A DNA stretch of 64,000 nucleotides from an uncultured bacterium (GTDB taxonomy: Bacteria > Oederibacteriota > PGYV01 > CAWJRG01), in NCBI GenBank assembly GCA_963845185.1, contig CAWJRG010000006.1, positions 64,001 through 128,000 of the forward strand, given 5' to 3'. Below the pieces are notes generated by a model. That model ran no database searches and was not told the DNA's origin. It saw only the letters and a list, made by a program, of their open reading frames with translations. The position numbers and the translations under genes are program-made. Within the stretch, counting starts at the first letter, position 1, and each line of letters opens with the position of its first letter. Shown piece after piece: positions 60,130 through 64,000 of this stretch.

Positions 60130-62269
60130 CAGGAAAACTATTTTTATCTCAATAATACTGTTTTTGCTCACTTTTAACATATACGTGTATACCTTAAACC
60201 CGGTTTTTCACGCAGATGACTCGCCTGAGACTATCGCGTGCTCTTACACGCTCGGCATACAGCACCCGCCGGGCTATCCGCTGCCCACGCTGATCGGAAA
60301 AATATTCACACTGATACCGGCAGGCAATATAGGATTCAGGGTAAATCTGCAGGCTGCTTTTTTCGCGGGGCTTGCCGCGGTTTTTATTTTTCTCGCGATA
60401 CTCGACATACTCAGGAAAAAGGAATTTGACGCAGGCATTGCCTTTACGTCGGCATCTGCCGCGGCTTTAAGCTTTGCGTTTTCGGATGTTTTCTGGAGCC
60501 AGGCGCTTTCGGCAAAAGGCGGTATTTATACATTCAACGCCTTTTTTATAGCGGCTTTAATCTACCTGATTTTTCTGTGGGAAAGGAAACGCGAAAACAA
60601 GTATTTCTATATTTTCAGCCTTATGTGCGGCTTATCTGCGGCAAACCACTGGGAAAGCGTGCTTGTGGCAGTGCCGGCATTCCTGGTTTTTATCACGCTG
60701 GTTTTGCTCGACAACAGGTTTTATCTGAAAGTAAAATCAAAAAGCGCGGTTTACGCGGCCTGCTTTTTCCTTTTTGGGATTTTTGCCTATGTTTACCTTG
60801 TTATCCGCGCGAGAGCAGGCACTTATCTGGACTGGGGAGACCCTGTGAACTTTAAACAGCTCGCTTGGGTTGTAACAAGGGCGGAATACACGCACCTCGA
60901 GAAAGCCGCGGACATAAGTGTCATTCTCAAGCAGGCGGCAAGGATTTTAAAGTTCCTTATATCCGAGTTTTCAGTCGCCGGGTTCCTGATTTTTTTATAC
61001 GGCATTTTTTGTTTCTGGAAATCCGGAAAAACCAGGCGGCTTGCCCTGGTTGGCGTGCTTTTTTTGACTGTCATTCTAAGCCTTGCGTTTTACCTCAACC
61101 TAAAGGACGAGATGATATGGGTCATGGATGTTTTTCTTATCCCGGCTTATCTGGCAATGGCGTTTGTGCTGGGCGCGGGCATAAGCGGGATTTTAAGCCT
61201 GATAAAAAAATTATACAGCGGGAAAACCGTACGCTATACTGCTTTGGCCATGGTATTTTTGCTGCCTGCATGGAACTTTTACTCAAACTATCACAAATGC
61301 AGCCAGGACAGATATTTTTACGCTTATGATTTCGGCAAGAATATAACAAAATGCGTGGACAGCGGAGGCGGCATGGCTCTGCTGGAAGGCGATTACGCGG
61401 TAATGCCGCAGATGTATTTTAAATACGTGGAGAAAAACGTGAATTTCTGCCCGATAACCACTTTGTTTTTATCCACGGACTGGGGCGTGAAAAATCTTAA
61501 AAGGGACTGCCCGCTGATCTCAGTCATAAACGAGCCGCAGGCCACTTATACGCAGAAGCTGCAGGATATTATCGCGCTTAATTACAAGGAAAGGAACGTA
61601 TATGTTTCAATATTCAGGCAGGCTTTCCAGCAGTTTTACAAGGAAGGCGATAATTTTATGGTCCCGAACGGCGTCCTTATGAAACTGTCAACAAACAGGA
61701 TGGCTACCCTCAAACAGGCGGAAATAAATTTTAAAAGGATAACATACAGGAATTTGGTTGACGACAAACTTTACCAGGACTCATCCACCAAGTTCTGCAT
61801 ATCAAATTACGCAAGCGCGTACATGGAAGCGGGGAACGCATACAGGAATTTAAAGATGGACGGCAAGGCGCTATTATATTTGACCAGGGCAATAGAGCTC
61901 GCGCCTGAGCAAAACAGGGCAGAGGCATACACGCACGCGGGAATTGAATATTCCACCATCAACAGGTATAATGACGCTGTGGACGCATACCAAAAAGCAT
62001 TGGCGATAAAGCCGGGGCTGATTGAAGCGCGCTCAAACCTCGCGGGCACATACAACATACTAAAGGAATATGACAAGGCCATAGAGCAGGCAAGCGAGGC
62101 CATCAAGATAAACGACAAGTTTTCGGAAGCGTATAACAACCTCGCCATTGCCTATTATTATAAGGGAAACAAGCAGGAAGCGATAAATGTGCTTGAAAAG
62201 GCGGTCGCGATTGACCCGAACAACACAATGGCGCAGAACAACCTGAATATTTTAAGAGGACAAAAATAA
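60119..62269 (+). CDS. DUF2723/TMEM260-like GT-C membrane glycosyltransferase with C-terminal TPRs
   Basis: DDSPE..LGIQHPPGYPL, FRVNL, FWSQA, ANHW, LDWGDP; TPRs (AYNNLA). Confidence 0.87.
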   Translation: MPNDRKTIFISIILFLLTFNIYVYTLNPVFHADDSPETIACSYTLGIQHPPGYPLPTLIGKIFTLIPAGNIGFRVNLQAAFFAGLAAVFIFLAILDILRKKEFDAGIAFTSASAAALSFAFSDVFWSQALSAKGGIYTFNAFFIAALIYLIFLWERKRENKYFYIFSLMCGLSAANHWESVLVAVPAFLVFITLVLLDNRFYLKVKSKSAVYAACFFLFGIFAYVYLVIRARAGTYLDWGDPVNFKQLAWVVTRAEYTHLEKAADISVILKQAARILKFLISEFSVAGFLIFLYGIFCFWKSGKTRRLALVGVLFLTVILSLAFYLNLKDEMIWVMDVFLIPAYLAMAFVLGAGISGILSLIKKLYSGKTVRYTALAMVFLLPAWNFYSNYHKCSQDRYFYAYDFGKNITKCVDSGGGMALLEGDYAVMPQMYFKYVEKNVNFCPITTLFLSTDWGVKNLKRDCPLISVINEPQATYTQKLQDIIALNYKERNVYVSIFRQAFQQFYKEGDNFMVPNGVLMKLSTNRMATLKQAEINFKRITYRNLVDDKLYQDSSTKFCISNYASAYMEAGNAYRNLKMDGKALLYLTRAIELAPEQNRAEAYTHAGIEYSTINRYNDAVDAYQKALAIKPGLIEARSNLAGTYNILKEYDKAIEQASEAIKINDKFSEAYNNLAIAYYYKGNKQEAINVLEKAVAIDPNNTMAQNNLNILRGQK

Positions 62270-63418
62270 ATGAACATACTTATGTTATCCCCAGTTTTCC
62301 CTTTTCCGCCGGACGACGGCGACCGGCTGAGGATTTTTTATTTTCTGCAGCAACTTTCAAAAAGGCATGATATTTATTTCGCGTGTTTTTCAACGCACCG
62401 GGACGAAAAATATTTTGACGAGCTTAAAAAATATTGCGCCGGTGTAAGCTGTATACCCATGACAAAAGCGGAAATTTTCATGAAAGCAGTTGAGTCGGTT
62501 TTTTCCGGGATTCCGGTTAATGCCGGCGCTTATAAAAACAAGAAAATGAGACGCCTTGTTGCATCAATAATGTCCGTTAAAAAAATCGACCTGATTTTTG
62601 CCTACCGCATGAGAATGGCGCAATACGCAGAAGGCATTGAAATACGCAAGGTAATTGACATCGTGGATTCGCTGGCCCTTTATAATCAAAAGCGAAAGCA
62701 ATACGAAAAAAATATCTTAAGCAGGATTTATATGGCTATTGACGGGCCAAGAATATTAAAATATGAAAAAGTATTAACCGCAAAGTTCAATTATGTTTTT
62801 ATTAATTCCGGGGAGGACAGGGATTTTCTAAAAGGGAAGAATATAATCGTTGTTCCCAACGGCGCTGAGGGGCAGAAAACAAAAAGTAAAAAAAATACAG
62901 TTTTTACAGCAGGCTTTTTCGGGAACATGGCATACCCGCCAAACAGGGATGCCGCGCTGTATTTTATTAAAAATATATGGAAAAAACTGTTGAATTCTGA
63001 TAATAATATTAGGCTAATAATAGCCGGAAAGGGAAGCGAAAGCCTGAAAAATAAAATCGGCGGGCAGAATGTGGAAATAAAGGGCTATGTAGATGACATT
63101 GTAAAGGAAATAAGCTCGTGGGATTTGAGCCTTGTGCCTGTGAGGTACGGAGCAGGCAGGCAGAATAAAATACTGCTTAGCTGGCTGGCTTCAGTTCCTG
63201 TGCTCGCGACGCCTTTTGCTGCGGCAGGCGTTTCCGGCAAGGATATGCATAATATTTTAATAGCCGGAAACGAAAATGAATTTATCAAAAAGATTGCTGT
63301 TATAAAAAACAATCCCGGGTTGGCAAAAAGGATTACTGCGGCTGCATTGAAAACATTAAAGAAAAACTTTGACTGGAAAAAGTCGGCAGGGATAATAGAA
63401 AAATATATCAAAAAGTAA
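62270..63418 (+). CDS. glycosyltransferase family 4
   Basis: FPFPPDDGDRLR, FFGNMAYPPNRDA, PVRYGAGRQNKIL. Confidence 0.9.
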   Translation: MNILMLSPVFPFPPDDGDRLRIFYFLQQLSKRHDIYFACFSTHRDEKYFDELKKYCAGVSCIPMTKAEIFMKAVESVFSGIPVNAGAYKNKKMRRLVASIMSVKKIDLIFAYRMRMAQYAEGIEIRKVIDIVDSLALYNQKRKQYEKNILSRIYMAIDGPRILKYEKVLTAKFNYVFINSGEDRDFLKGKNIIVVPNGAEGQKTKSKKNTVFTAGFFGNMAYPPNRDAALYFIKNIWKKLLNSDNNIRLIIAGKGSESLKNKIGGQNVEIKGYVDDIVKEISSWDLSLVPVRYGAGRQNKILLSWLASVPVLATPFAAAGVSGKDMHNILIAGNENEFIKKIAVIKNNPGLAKRITAAALKTLKKNFDWKKSAGIIEKYIKK

Positions 63419-63522
63419 AAAAATTTTGTTTTTCATTGAAAATTGAGAATTAAAAATTATTTGGAAACGGAGGCGGTTATGATTCTTCGATGTGCTCAGG
63501 ATGATAAAACAAGGTGCGGAAA

Positions 63523-64000
63523 ATGAAAAAAATAATATGCTTGATTCTAATTAGTTTTGTAATAAGTTTCGCAATAACGGCAGATAACACAGATTTGCCA
63601 TTAGGAAGAAGCCTTTACTTCGGGTTAAAAGTTGGTTTTGATGGTACTTTAACCTCGAATGGCCTGGGAAATGATGTATTTTGGACAGGCGGGATTATTG
63701 CGAGGCATAATATTAACAACATTTTTGCATTACAGATGGAACTTAATTATTTCGGGACAAACTCTCCACCAGGTTTTGACCCGCCTTTATATTTTGCTAC
63801 ATCCCATTATATCCAGGTCCCGTTTTTGATAAAAGCAAACCTTTCAAAAGGCCCTTCTCCCTATTTGGATATTGGGCCTGCTTTTGATTATGAGTTTGCG
63901 ATAAATACAAATTGGCCAATTGTTCAACATTTATACAGGAGTTTCAGCGGTATTATTGGTCTGGGAATTGATTTTTCCCCGAAAGAGGAAAATGGAGTGG
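63523..64000 (+). CDS. PorT-like/OMP beta-barrel protein (partial, runs off the window)
   Basis: not in the ORF track; MKKIICLILISFVISFA signal, FGLKVG, FALQMELNY, YIQVPFLIK, GPAFDY, GIIGLGIDF. Confidence 0.7.
   Translation, partial: MKKIICLILISFVISFAITADNTDLPLGRSLYFGLKVGFDGTLTSNGLGNDVFWTGGIIARHNINNIFALQMELNYFGTNSPPGFDPPLYFATSHYIQVPFLIKANLSKGPSPYLDIGPAFDYEFAINTNWPIVQHLYRSFSGIIGLGIDFSPKEENGV

Overview
Bacterial (diderm, about 40-45% GC) chromosome segment; the Thr/Pro-stalked secreted proteins suggest an uncultured lineage such as Ca. Goldiibacteriota (inference, not tested). About 40% of the window encodes ten secreted, + strand proteins with one design: signal peptide, passenger domain (PQQ/BamB-like or NHL propellers, C39-like or S53 peptidase, prenyltransferase-like toroid plus CBM3, ConA-like lectin), Thr-rich stalk, and an Ig-like C-terminal domain resembling T9SS type A sorting signals, in two sequence classes. 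They are interspersed with a PorV-like barrel fused to Ig and OmpA domains, a PorT-like barrel, and GT-C glycosylation genes (DUF2723/TMEM260-like, YfhO-like, O-antigen-ligase-like with TPR). Four of these loci share an ECF-sigma-like promoter, G(G/A)AAC-N17-GTCTAA. I infer a co-regulated T9SS-like secretion and O-glycosylation system. The core section has fmt/def, trxB, aroQ, tRNA-Val, hypAB, a two-component pair, serA, purA, aconitase, bioY, rpoN and tRNA-Leu. Other highlights: a 22-aa micropeptide carrying the HypB CxxCGC motif upstream of hypA, a truncated IS110 with a bridge-RNA-like end, stacked MNT/HEPN modules, an IS605-like MITE and a tRNA-Leu 3' duplication. Several homopolymer frameshifts are probably sequencing errors. 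All domain calls come from reading motifs by eye; no searches were run.
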